64,000 nt of DNA from Macrostomum lignano (lineage: Eukaryota): NCBI GenBank assembly GCA_002269645.1, contig NIVC01002629.1, positions 32,670 to 96,669 on the forward strand. The letters are read 5' to 3'. The notes below the pieces were generated by a model, which saw only the letters and a program-made list of their open reading frames with translations, did not search any database and had not been told where the DNA came from. A program made the position numbers and the translations under genes. Shown here piece after piece: positions 1-12,900 of the stretch (positions are counted from its first letter, which is position 1; every line of letters starts with the position of its first letter).

Positions 1-929
1 CTAAGGCTAATATATGACACAGACTCCTGCGCTATCGTTAATCCGATTAATATGCGGCCACAAAGCCACCAGGCCGCTGGGTTTATAAGATGTCGCACTG
101 AGGCCCATCACTGCATCGGACATTGTCAGCCCGGGACAGCTGGTGCTGCACACACCGGATCTGCTGCACTTTGCTTTCGACTTGGACAGTCCATACCCAG
201 ACTCCTCTCACGGCTGGCTAGACTAAAAGCAAGCCAATCTATTCGAGCCCTCCGGCTAGCAGTAATCCTCTCCCAGCCTCTCCCAGCCTTCATCACTCAT
301 CGGTTCCGTCTCGCAGCGTCCGTCTGGGTGGGATGGCGGGCGCCAACTTTCGGACTTCTTCTTTTTCTTCTAACTCTTACAGCCTGACTGCTCAGGGCTC
401 TTTGCCGATGCCCCTTGGCTCTGAATTATGCATGCGCAAACTCGGCCCTCCATGCATGCCAGCAAACTTTCCAAATTCCAACTGATCTTTTCTACAGTAA
501 GGTCTGCTCTGCTTTGTTCTGACACGCTTAGCAATGGGACTTGAATTGAAAATAATTACTGTTTACTGGCATTGGGCCTGTTAGGAGGCGTGGCTCACGG
601 AAGCTGGATGGTACACAGATGAAGGTTAGGGGTTTTCTAGAGTCGAATTTAATGCAATCGGGAACCCCGGTATTTGTTTCCCTAGTAATCCTTAATCTTA
701 AAAGTTCTTAATTTATTAAAATTTAATTGTCTTTAATTCTCTAATTCTAAAATGGAAACTTATTCTCTCTAAAGATCTGAAGTTCTGAAGATCCTGTTGG
801 ACCCATTCTAGCAATTCGTAATTAATTTTAACAAAAAATACCTTTCTCTCAAAGCTTAACACAAAAATTATTAATATAGCCATTGTAATTATAGGAACCG
901 CACTCGACCAAAGAGCCACTGACACTTAC

Positions 930-3148
930 ACCAAGACTTGACCTTGTCCTTGTCCTTCATTGCCTGAGCTGAGTAGGGAACAGATGTGTCAGTTGCTGTC
1001 AAACAGAAATTAGTCAGCAATGATTTTCTCTTGTTCTTTTTTCCTGACAGTCTCCGCTTGCAAGGTTTAGTTTAAATCCTTGCAGGCCTGAGGATGGACT
1101 GGGGGCGGGGAGGGGCAGGGGAAGAGGATTAGTCGCTCAGCAGCTGCGCGAGAGAGAGAGGCGTAGGAATCTGCAGTGCGGGCCGGGATTGCGGCGCTTC
1201 GGCTCAGGGAGGGGGGAGAGGAGGGAGAGGGATGGGAGCTGCCTGAATGTGGGGCAAAAATGGTTCCTTCGCTGCTGCTGCTGCTGCTGCTGCTGCAAGT
1301 GCAGAAAGCCGTTGCAGTGCAATTCGCCCCAACAGTTTTGGAAGTCCCGCGTCCTCGGGCTGGGCAGGATCCGGCTGGAGAGCGGAGAGACAGGCAGACA
1401 GGCAGACAGGAAACAGTAGGGAACTGAGGGCAGAGCGGCACTTTTCGAAATTTTATATTTTTTTACTATACTGACATAACTCTGTACAATATGCAGCCAC
1501 TATGCTGATTGGGATCATTGTGTGTTTTACGGTCGGGGGGGGGGGCTGCCTGGCTGAGCTGGTGCAGCGGAAACTGGCGCGGGGCAGGCAGCAAGCGAGA
1601 AGATGGGGATGAAGGAGGAACGGCAGGCTCTCTATTGAAATTCACTGCGATCCCATTGCGGCATTATTTATGCAAGACTCCTCAGCGGGAAAGATGGGGA
1701 TTCATTCATTCCCGGCATCGGGTGAGCTCTGGTAACTGGGATGAGAATCCACTCACTCTTCACAGTGCTGATTAAATTCTAAAATTGTCGAGTGCCTTCC
1801 AGCCAAGGTGATTTCAGGTATTGATGTACTACTGAAAATATGGAGCTCTTATGCAAAGCTTTGAGCTCTTAGCTAGTGCTGGCCCTCTGAGGAATTTTGT
1901 GGCAACTTGGTGGACCAGGAAGACAGCAAAAACCAACAGAAGGACCAGGAAAACAGTAGCCGCCAACAGAAGGACCAGACAGACAGCATCAACCGACAGA
2001 AAGACCAGACAGACAGCATCAACCGACAGAAGGACCAGGAAGACAGCATCAACCGACAGAAGGACCAGACAGACAGCATCAACCGACAGAAGGACCAGGG
2101 AGACAGCATCAACCGACAGAAGGACCAGGAAGACAGCATCAACCGACAGAAGGACCAGGAAGACAGCATCAACCGACAGAAGGACCAGACAGACAGCATC
2201 AACCGACAGAAGGACCAGACAGACAGCATCAACCGACAGAAGGACCAGGAAGACAGCATCAACCGACAGAAGGACCAGACAGACAGCATCAACCGACAGA
2301 AGGACCAGACAGACAGCATCAACCGACAGAAGGACCAGGAAGACAGCATCAACCGACAGAAGGACCAGACAGACAGCATCAACCGACAGAAGGACCAGGG
2401 AGACAGCATCAACCGACAGAAGGACCAGACAGACAGCATCAACCGACAGAAGGACCAGGAAGACAGCATCAACCGACAGAAGGACCAGACAGACAGCATC
2501 AACCGACAGAAGGACCAGGGAGACAGCATCAACCGACAGAAGGACCAGGAAGACAGCATCAACCGACAGAAGGACCAGGAAGACAGCATCAACCGACAGA
2601 AGGACCAGTAAGACAGCATCAACCGACAGAAGGACCAGACAGACAGCATCAACCGACAGAAGGACCAGGAAGACAGCATCAACCAACAGAAGGACCACGA
2701 AGACAGCATCAACCAACAGAAGGACCACGAAGACAGCAAAAACCAACAGAAGGACCAGGAAGACAGCAAAAACCAACAGAAGGACCAGGAAGACAGCAGC
2801 CGCCGGGAAACAGCAGCTCCACTACATTACTAAATTGAACTATTTTATAGTTTCAATAATGTTTAGAAGGCAGAAAACTAGTAACAGTTAAAGAGATATA
2901 ATGCTCTTTTTTCAACTATTTTAATAACTTGGTTTGGTAAAATTCCGCTTAGATCCTACTACACTACTGAATCAGTCTCAGTAGCGAATGATGGCTTTTT
3001 TACGATGCTACTAAGAAGATTCTCAATTAAAAAAGCGCTTACAAAACTTTTCCGCCTTCTCGGCCAGATCGATTTCGCTGTCCTCGCGGCCCTTGTGGTC
3101 CCTGCCGTGGTCCTTGCCCTCCTTGGAGAAAAATTTCAGCGGCATCGC
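930..3148 (-). CDS. Fragment of an unidentified spliced gene: candidate exons 3148-3043 and 968-930, joined as (A)MPLKFFSKEGKDHGRDHKGREDSEIDLAEKAEKFSQAMKDKDKVKSW
   Basis: Both segments have YAG acceptors and GTAAG donors, phases match (1 to 1), and codons are G/C-ending like the real exons in this window. No family recognised; later exons unresolved. Confidence 0.45.
1913..2800. repeat. 30-bp minisatellite GACCAGGAAGACAGCATCAACCGACAGAAG, about 30 copies
   Basis: Tandem units read directly; explains ORFs 1829-2891. Confidence 0.95.
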
Positions 3149-3893
3149 CTGCAAAAGGTTTTACACTTGATGAGATGCACTACTCTCATTTTGGCATCTG
3201 TTCAGAGTTTTTCTTTTAAATTTGTCTATAACGCATTTTATAACTTAGTTTTCAAGCTGTTGTCTATGGCCAAAGCCGGACAGATCCGATAGCTCACTTC
3301 TCTACAGTATCTGTGGCTAGAACAAACAAATTTCAAACAAAAGATGTCACTCTCTGCGATCGCAGGCGGTGCCACCGAGTAGTGAGGTTAGTGTTAGGTC
3401 TAGGTGCCGGGGGCGGATGGGAGGAGGCACTGGTCCCTGTCACAGCGTCCTCGGAACCATGGGACCCAACCCCGAGTCGGAACAGGGCCACAGGAACCGT
3501 CCGGACCACCTGGTGACCAAGGTAACCAGACTCTACAGGAGATTTGATATATTTCTCACAGGGGAAGTAGTGAATGGTGGGGATCATTGGAGCTCATCAG
3601 TTAAGCGTAGAACCACGCCTTAGGAGGCCCATGCTACAGTCTCTTGCTGCAATGGAGCTTGAAGTGCTTTCTATATTTTAAACGCAGATTCTGACCATTA
3701 ACGCTTATGATACTACTGGGTCTGGAGAGTAGAGAAAGAGCGTGGGACCATCGGGAACTGGGTAAGGAGATGGAAATTAATCGGGCCATTATGTAGCAGA
3801 CACAAAAAATACTGTCTATGTCCCGAAAGAGTACAGAACTTTGACTTTGTCAGCAACATAGCCGGTTTGAATATTGACTTGGGACCTGAATAG

Positions 3894-4044
3894 GTGTGAC
3901 ATAAGCGGGACTTAAATAGGTGTGACATAAGCGGGACTTGAATAGGGAGTGACATAAGCGGGACTTGAATAGGGTGTGACATAAGCGGGACTTGAATAGG
4001 TGTGACATAGGCGGGACTTGAATGGGTGTGACATAGGCGGGACT
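3894..4044. repeat. 26-27-bp minisatellite GTGTGACATAAGCGGGACTTGAATAG(G), about 6 copies
   Basis: Seen directly. Confidence 0.9.
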
Positions 4045-4279
4045 TTTTGCATTCAAATCCAGGGCGAGTTGCTCATCTTGTGTTTTTAAGATCTGCGACT
4101 CAATTTCACTTTTCTATGGCCAATTTGTGGGGATCTTCTAAGTCTTTCAGATCTATGGGTGAAAAGTATTATTATTATTGCCAACAACTACAAAAGTTAA
4201 ATTTAGTTTCTTATTGCGAAGATTTGAAAGAAAATATTTCAAACAGCAAGAAACTCGTTAGCTTACGACCGCTCAGGTA

Positions 4280-5003
4280 GCAGACACCCGTCATACACCC
4301 AGAAGACACTCCGCTGACACCGACAGACAGCCGGCAGAAACTCGGCAGACACCCGGCAGATACCGGCAGACGCCCAGCACTCACCAGCAGACACCGGACA
4401 GACACTCAACAGATACTCAGCAGATACTCAGCAGATACTCAGCAGATACTCAGCAGATACTCAGCAGATACTCAGCAGATACTCAGCAGATACTCAGCAG
4501 ATACTCAGCAGATACTCAGCAGATACTCAGCAGATACTCAGCAGATACTCAGCAGATACTCAGCAGATACTCAGCAGATACTCAGCAGATACTCAGCAGA
4601 TACTCAGCAGACGCCAGCAGACACTGGAAAACACCGGCAGCCGACAAGAAGTCACCGACAGACAGCCAGCCGGCAGACACCCGTCAGACAACCAGCAGAA
4701 ACCCGGCAGAAACCCAGCGGAAACCCAGCAGACAACCGGCAGAAACCCAGAAGACACACAGAAGACACCCAGCAGACACCCAGCAGAAACCTAGCAGACA
4801 ACCGGCAGAAACCCAGAAGACATCCAGCAGAAACCCATTAGAAACCCAGCGAAACCCGGCAGACACCCAGCAGACACCTAGAAGACACACAGAAGACACC
4901 CAGAAAACACCCATCAGAAACCCATCAGAAAACCAGCAGAAACCCAACAGAAACCCAGCAGAAACCCGGCAGAAACCCAGCAGACACCCGGCAGACACCC
5001 AGC
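4280..5003. repeat. 11-bp CAGCAGATACT array (homogeneous core about 4408-4612) with degenerate CAGCAGAAACC/CAGACACC flanks
   Basis: Seen directly. Confidence 0.9.
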
Positions 5004-5324
5004 ATGACCTCGCACAACAAGGCGGCCCTGTCAGTGCAGATCAACTACTCTGCCGGCATGGAGCTGGAAGACTATGTCTGGTACTTGCGCCGCGAAATTC
5101 TGCGCGCCTTCGACGCCACAGACGTGCAGGTGACCACCCGCTGCCTCCCGATCGGCCGCGAGTTCGCCAACATCGGCCTATCGATGCTCATCAACGGTTT
5201 GTCGGCTGTCTCAGTGCCGGCCCACAATGGCAAACTGCTGGAGAATGAGAGCCTGCCGCCGCCGCAGGTCATTGTGGACACTGTGCAGCTGTGGCTCATT
5301 AGGCATGTCACCTGCGACTGCTGA
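5004..5324 (+). CDS. 106-aa intronless orphan protein, possibly Rdx/SelW/MIEN1-like thioredoxin fold without the CxxC/U motif
   Basis: Non-repetitive ORF with high GC3 between two minisatellites. Pattern VQINYSAGM...LRREILRAF...MLING...LPPPQVIVDTV resembles Rdx spacing by eye only. Confidence 0.6.
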   Translation: MTSHNKAALSVQINYSAGMELEDYVWYLRREILRAFDATDVQVTTRCLPIGREFANIGLSMLINGLSAVSVPAHNGKLLENESLPPPQVIVDTVQLWLIRHVTCDC

Positions 5325-5342
5325 CTGCCCCGAGCCTCACGC

Positions 5343-6828
5343 GACACTCCATGCCTGACACTCCATGCCTGACACTTCATTCCCGGATCTCCATGCCTGA
5401 CACTCCATGTCTGACACTCCATGTCTGACACTCCATGTCTGACACTCCATGCCTGACACTCCATGCCTGACACTCCATGCCTGACACTCCATGCCTGACA
5501 CTTCATTCCCGGATCTCCATGCCTGACACTCCATGCCTGACACTCCATGTCTGACACTCCATGTCTGACACTCCATGCCTGACACTCCATGCCTGACACT
5601 CCATGCCTGACACTCCATGCCTGACACTTCATTCCCGGATCTCCATGCCTGACACTTCATTCCCGGATCTCCATGCCTGACACTCCATGCCTGACACTCC
5701 ATGCCTGACACTCCATGCCTGACACTCCATGCCTGACACTCCATGCCTGACACTCCATGCCTGACACTCCATGTCTGACACTCCATGCCTGACATTCCAT
5801 GCCTGACACTCCATGCCTGACACTCCATGCCTGACACTCCATGCCTGACACTCCATGCCTGACACTCCATGCCTGATACTCCATGCCTGACACTCCATGT
5901 CTGACACTCCATGCCTGACATTCCATGCCTGACACTCCATGCCTGACACTCCATGCCTGACACTCCGTGCCTGACACTCCATGCCTGACACTCCATGCCT
6001 GACACTCCATGCCTGACACTCCATGCCTGACACTCCATGCCTGACACTCCATGCCTGACACTCCATGCCTGACACTCCATGCCTGACACTCCATGCCTGA
6101 CACTCCATGCCTGACACTCCATGCCTGACACTCCATGCCTGACACTCCATGCCTGACACTCCATGCCTGACACTCCATGCCTGACACTCCATGCCTGACA
6201 CTCCATGCCTGACACTCCATGCCTGACACTCCATGCCTGACACTCCATGCCTGACACTCCATGCCTGACATTCCATGCCTGACACTCCATGCCTGACACT
6301 CCATGCCTGACACTCCATGCCTGACACTCCATGCCTGACACTCCATGCCTGACACTCCATGCCTGACACTCCATGCCTGACACTCCATGCCTGACACTCC
6401 ATGCCTGACACTCCATGCCTGACACTCCATGCCTGACACTCCATGCCTGACACTCCATGCCTGACACTCCATGCCTGACACTCCATGTCTGACACTCCAT
6501 GCCTGACATTCCATGCCTGACACTCCATGCCTGACACTCCATGCCTGACACTCCATGCCTGACACTCCATGCCTGACACTCCATGCCTGACACTCCATGC
6601 CTGACACTCCATGCCTGACACTCCATGCCTGACACTCCATGCCTGACACTCCATGTCTGACACTCCATGCCTGACATTCCATGCCTGACACTCCATGCCT
6701 GACACTCCATGCCTGACACTCCATGCCTGACACTCCATGCCTGACACTCCATGCCTGACACTCCATGCCTGACACTCCATGCCTGACACTCCATGCCTGA
6801 CACTCCATGCCTGACACTCCATGCCTGA
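5343..6828. repeat. 14-bp minisatellite CTCCATGCCTGACA, about 105 copies, with occasional CTTCATTCCCGGAT variant units
   Basis: Seen directly; explains ORFs 5072-6845. Confidence 0.95.
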
Positions 6829-7273
6829 TGCAGCATGACTGACACTTCAGAAAGCCCTTCCGTGCAATGTTGATACTATCAATAATTTTGTTAAACTTTT
6901 TACGATAGTAATATGATTCAATGTTGGCGATTCCTTAGTCAGGAGCAGTTCAAAATAGCAACCGGCAGACGAATTTTTAGGAAGCCGTTTTTCGTTAGCG
7001 ATTTTGAGTTTTTCATAGCGACTCATTTGGCGATATGCAGCCATTTTTACTTAGAATTCAGAACTCCCACCGAAGCCCGAGACTCCAGACTTGAATAGCT
7101 GATAATGAGCTTGTCTGATTCCTGCCGCCAGCGCTCAGTGCTCACAGTGCTCACAGTGCTCTTTTTAGGCATTCGATTGACTGCTGTTTTGTACTTTTTA
7201 GTACATTCTTACTCCGTCATTTACGAGCGTACCTCATCTTTTTGCCATCTTTTCCGTCTCCTTTCCGACGATT

Positions 7274-8200
7274 TTTCTCCACATCCTTCTTCACCTCATC
7301 TGCTTTCTCTTTTGCCTCTTTCTATCCAACTTTCCATTTCTTTTCCTCCCCTTCCTTCTGCGCCTCCTTCTCCACCTCCTTCTCCACCTCCTTCTCCACC
7401 TCCTTCTCCACCTCCTTCTCCACCTCCTTCTCCACCTCCTTCTCCTCCTCCTTCTCCACCTCCTTCTCCACCTCCTTCTCCACCTCCTTCTCCACCTCCT
7501 TCTCTGCCTCCTACTCCACCTCCTTCTCCTCCTCCTTCTCCACCTCCTTCTCCACCTCCTTCTCCACCTCCTTCTCCACCTCCTTCTCCACCTCCTTCTC
7601 TGCCTCCTTCTCCACCTCTTTCTCCTCCTCCTTCTCCACCTCCTTCTCCACCTCCTTCTCCACCTCCTTCTCCACCTCCTTCTCCACCTCCTTCTCTGCC
7701 TCCTTCTCCACCTCTTTCTCCACCTCCTTCTCTGCCTCCTACTCCACCTCCTTCTCTGCCTCCTACTCCACCTCCTTCTCCTCCTCCTTCTCCACCTCCT
7801 TCTCCACATCCTTCTTCACCTCATCTGCTTTCTCTTTTGCCTCTTTCTATCCAACTTTCCATCTCTTTTCCTCCCCTTCCTTCTGCGCCTCCTTCTCCAC
7901 CTCCTTCTCCACCTCCTTCTCCACCTCCTTCTCCACCTCCTTCTCCACCTCCTTCTCCTCCTCCTTCTCCACCTCCTACTCCACCTCCTTCTCTGCCTCC
8001 TACTCCACCTCCTTCTCTGCCTCCTACTCCACCTCCTTCTCCTCCTCCTTCTCCACCTCCTTCTCCACCTCCTTCTCCACCTCCTTCTCCACCTCCTTCT
8101 CCACCTCCTTCTCTGCCTCCTTCTCCACCTCTTTCTCCACCTCCTTCTCCACCTCCTTTTTTGCCTCCTTCTCCACCTCCTCTTTTTGTCCTTCATCTGC
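7274..8200. repeat. Polypyrimidine 12-bp array CTCCACCTCCTT inside an approximately 525-bp tandem duplication
   Basis: The unique segment ACATCCTTCTTCACCTCATCTGC... occurs at 7281 and 7806. Confidence 0.9.
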
Positions 8201-9135
8201 CTCCTGGGCCACCAGAACAACTGAGCAACTTAAACTCGTCTTTCTCTCAGCCGCTAAGCAAAGTTAATTGTCTTAAGATAGGATAAAACTAAATCTATCA
8301 GTTCCTTCTAGTGGCCAGAAAGTCCAACAGCAGGCTTGCAAATTCGAGCTTCCATCAGCATGTGATTGGCTTCCGTCTCGCAGCAGAAATTAGTTTCATA
8401 CATGCATCTGCGGAGGAAGGGATGCCTGCCTTCTCGCCTAACACTCAGCTGAAGTCCGGATGTCTGAGGGGGGCCTCTTCAACAGCGCAGCTCTGCATCC
8501 CCCCAAGCTCCCGGGGCGCCAAGGATAAGGGGCTTAGGGTTGGCAGAAGTAGGCCTTGGAATCCTTGAGCAGACAGGCGAGCGGGTTGCTAATTCCACAC
8601 CGGCCGGACCCGGCTCTCCCTGAGCAGTGCGGGGGCGCCCAGCTGGCTGGAGTGTCTCGGGGGCGCGGCCGGTCCGGAGTGACGGCTCAGATGCTGGGGG
8701 GGGGGGGGTTGAGCGCGGCGACGCCTTCGCAAAAATGCAATTTTCCCCGCTCGGGAGGCCAATTTTCACTCGGAGAAACGCGCCGACCGCCCCGTGGGCG
8801 TGACCTCACCCGTGTCCCCCCCGTCCTCACTGCTTCGAAACTCTCGGCATGCCGCATAAGATTCGAAAAAAGCATATTTTTATCACTGTTTATTAAGCAA
8901 TCAGCTTCGACAGCTCGAATGCTGCATCAAGTTCGACTGGTTTTCGTGAATTACGATGGCAAACCCACACGCTGTTGAAATTCGATTTTACTTTTCTTAA
9001 CGCAGTCCTTTGCGCCGAGTGTGTAAAATTGAGCTATGTAGTTCCGATTTGATTAGTTTAGCAAGTTCTAATCATATATGAGCATCACCATATATTGTCC
9101 GAGTCATAAGTATTGATTCGAATTGCCAGTTTCCC

Positions 9136-9276
9136 TTATCTGTCGAACTCGTCATCGGTCTCTGTGTCTCGGCTTAGCACGAGGGGGTTGGAGCATCGAC
9201 CCGTGGACTGCAACTTGACCGCTTGATGAGAGGCTGCTGAGCCGGGCAGCCCCGGTGAGCCGTTTAGCAACACCGG
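9136..9276 (-). CDS. Possible terminal coding exon (PVLLNGSPGLPG...SNPLVLSRDTETDDEFDR*) of an unidentified gene
   Basis: CCCCAG acceptor, 46 open codons with fairly high GC3, TAA at 9138-9136; no partner exon identified. Confidence 0.2.
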   Translation of the reverse strand, partial: PVLLNGSPGLPGSAASHQAVKLQSTGRCSNPLVLSRDTETDDEFDR

Positions 9277-9925
9277 CTGGGGAGCTGCTCAATCCCAGAG
9301 CTGCTGGACGCAGCGATAAGCCTCTCCAGCATCCTCCGCCTCCCCTTCCGCGTTTCTTTTTTGTTTCCCATTTTCGACTTCGAGGCTATTTTTGCTCTCG
9401 TCACTTGCTTCTGGGCAGGGGGTTTGGCTTTGGTTAATGATTGCCTCAGCTGGCCAGGGCAGCGCCTGTTCGGAGGCGAAGAAGGATGAGGCAGCTGGAG
9501 AGTGGGGAGGTCCGGGACAGGGCGAAAATTGAGACGGCGATGAAGAGCGAAGGATCGCGGCTGGGAGACGCCAGGCGCAACTAAAAGTATTGAGAGAAGG
9601 ACAGTGGAGGCTGATGAGGGGATGGGGAACAGGAGCATTAGGAAGAGGCAAAGAACAGTGAAAGTTGAGAAAATAGGAAATGTTTTGAGTAAGGAAGAAA
9701 TGTTGGCGAGCTGCGAGGGGCATTGAGTGAAAGATGAGCACCCCGCGGATGGGGTGGGGGATTGGGGAATCTGAGGTTCTCAGGAGCGCTAATCGTCTTT
9801 GTGCTGGCAGATGAATTTTGCCACAGTTCTGCGTGCGATTCTGCACTATTATGCAGCGCTATTCATGGTTATTAACAGAACTGCTCATGATTCAGCGTCA
9901 TGGTCTCCTGTGAGCTGATGTGAGA

Positions 9926-12900
9926 GATTGTCTGATATCGGTGATTGTCTGATATCGGTGATTGTCTGATATCGGTGATTTTCTGATATCGGTGATTATC
10001 TCATATCGGTGATTGTCTGATATCGGTGATTGTCTGATATCGGTGATTGTCTGATATCGGTGATTGTCTGATATCGGTGATTGTCTGATATCGGTGATTG
10101 TCTAATATCGGTGATTATCTATCTGATATCACTGAATGTCTAATATCGGTGATTTTCTGATATCGGTGATTATCTATCTAATATCGGTGATTGTCTGATA
10201 TCGGTGATTATTTGATATCGGTGATTATCTATTTAATATAGGTGATTGTCTAATATCGGTGATTGTCTGATATCGGTGATTGTCTGATATCGGTGATTGT
10301 CTGATATCGGTGATTGTCTGATATCGGTGATTGTCTGATATCGGTGATTGTCTGATATCGGTGATTGTCTGATATCGGTGATTGTCTGATATCGGTGATT
10401 GTCTGATATCGGTGATTGTCTGATATCGGTGATTGTCTGATATCGGTGATTGTCTGATATCGGTGATTGTCTGATATCACTGATTATCTGATATCGGTGA
10501 TCGTCTGATATCGGTGATTATCTATCTGATATCACTGATTGTCTAATATCGGTGATTATCTATCTGATATCACTGAATGTCTAATATCGGTGATTTTCTG
10601 ATATCGGTGATTATCTATCTAATATCGGTGATTGTCTGATATCGGTGATTATTTGATATCGGTGATTATCTATTTAATATAGGTGATTGTCTAATATCGG
10701 TGATTGTCTGATATCGGTGATTTTCTGATATCAGTGATTTTCTGTTATCGGTGATTATCTGATATCGGTGATTGTCTGATATCGGTGATTGTCTGATATC
10801 GGTGATTGTCTGATATCGGTGATTGTCTGATATCGGTGATTGTCTGATATCGGTGATTGTCTGATATCGGTGATTGTCTGATATCGGTGATTGTCTGATA
10901 TCGGTGATTGTCTGATATCACTGATTATCTGATATCGGTGATCGTCTGATATCAGTGATTATCTATCTGATATCACTGATTGTCTAATATCGGTGATTTT
11001 CTGATATCGGTGATTATCTATCTAATATCGGTGATTGTCTGATATCACTGATTGTCTGATATCGGTGATTGTCTGATATCGGTGATTGTCTGATATCGGT
11101 GATTGTCTGATATCGGTGATTGTCTGATATCGGTGATTGTCTGATATCGGTGATTGTCTGATATCGGTGATTGTCTGATATCGGTGATTGTCTGATATCA
11201 CTGATTATCTGATATCGGTGATCGTCTGATATCGGTGATTATCTATCTGATATCACTGATTGTCTAATATCGGTGATTATCTATCTGATATCACTGAATG
11301 TCTAATATCGGTGATTTTCTGATATCGGTGATTATCTATCTAATATCGGTGATTGTCTGATATCGGTGATTATTTGATATCGGTGATTATCTATTTAATA
11401 TCGGTGATTGTCTAATATCGGTGATTGTCTGATATCGGTGATTTTCTGATATCAGTGATTTTCTGTTATCGGTGATTATCTGATATCGGTGATTGTCTGA
11501 TATCGGTGATTGTCTGATATCGGTGATTGTCTGATATCGGTGATTGTCTGATATCGGTGATTGTCTGATATCGGTGATTGTCTGATATCGGTGATTGTCT
11601 GATATCACTGATTATCTGATATCGGTGATCGTCTGATATCGGTGATCGTCTGATATCGGTGATTATCTATCTGATATCACTGATTGTCTAATATCGGTGA
11701 TTATCTATCTGATATCACTGATTGTCTTATATCGGTGATTATTTGATATCGGTGATTATCTATTTAATATCGGTGATTGTCTGATATCGGTGATTATCTG
11801 ATATCGGTGATCGTCTGATATCGGTGATTATCTATCTGATATCACTGATTGTCTAATATCGGTGATTTTCTGATATCGGTGATTATCTATCTAATATCGG
11901 TGATTGTCTGATATCGGTGATTGTCTGATATCGATGATTGTCTGATATCGGTGATTGTCTGATATCGGTGATTGTCTGATATCGGTGATTGTCTGATATC
12001 GGTGATTGTCTGATATCGGTGATTGTCTGATATCGGTGATTGTCTGATATCGGTGATTGTCTGATATCGGTGATTGTCTGATATCACTGATTATCTGATA
12101 TCGGTGATCGTCTGATATCGGTGATCGTCTGATATCGGTGATTATCTATCTGATATCACTGATTGTCTAATATCGGTGATTATCTATATGATATCACTGA
12201 TTGTCTTATATCGGTGATTGTCTGATATCGGTGATTGTCTGATATCGGTGATTGTCTGATATCGGTGATTGTCTGATATCGGTGATTGTCTGATATCGGT
12301 GATTGTCTGATATCGGTGATTATCTGATATCGGTGATTGTCTGATATCACTGATTATCTGATATCCGTGATTGTCTGATATCACTGATTATCTGATATCG
12401 GTGATCGTCTGATATCGGTGATTATCTGATATCGGTGATTGTCTGATATCACTGATTATCTGATATCGGTGATCGTCTGATATCGGTGATTATCTGATAT
12501 CGGTGATTATCTGATATCGGTGATTTTCTGATATCACTGATTATCTGATATCGGTGATCGTCTGATATCGGTGATTATCTATCTGATATCACTGATTGTC
12601 TAATATCGGTGATTATCTATCTGATATCACTGATTGTCTAATATCGGTGATTATCTATCTGATATCACTGATTGTCTAATATCGGTGATTTTCTGATATC
12701 GGTGACTATCTATCTAATATCGGTGTTTGTCTGATATCGGTGATTGTCTGATATCGCTGATTGTCTGATATCGGTGATTGTCTGATATCGGTGATTGTCT
12801 GATATCGGTGATTATCTATCTGATATCACTGATTGTCTAATATCGGTGATTTTCTGATATCGGTGATTATCTATCTAATATCGGTGTTTGTCTGATATCG

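Noticed and set aside
1829-2891. Long ORFs on both strands (QKDQEDSINR, LVLLSVDAVF repeats)
   Set aside because: Products of a 30-bp stop-poor tandem repeat; open in several frames at once, with no splice or codon support.
5072-6845. 186-502-aa MECQAWSVRHGVSG ORFs
   Set aside because: A 14-bp repeat open in all three minus frames.
7105-8286. Extensin-like poly-SPPP ORF
   Set aside because: Translation of a CT-rich 12-bp repeat that is also open as poly-STSF and poly-KEVE; no evidence of coding.
303-8385. Shared 14-mer TTCCGTCTCGCAGC at about 304 and 8371
   Set aside because: Only two copies with no shared flanks; cannot be distinguished from chance.
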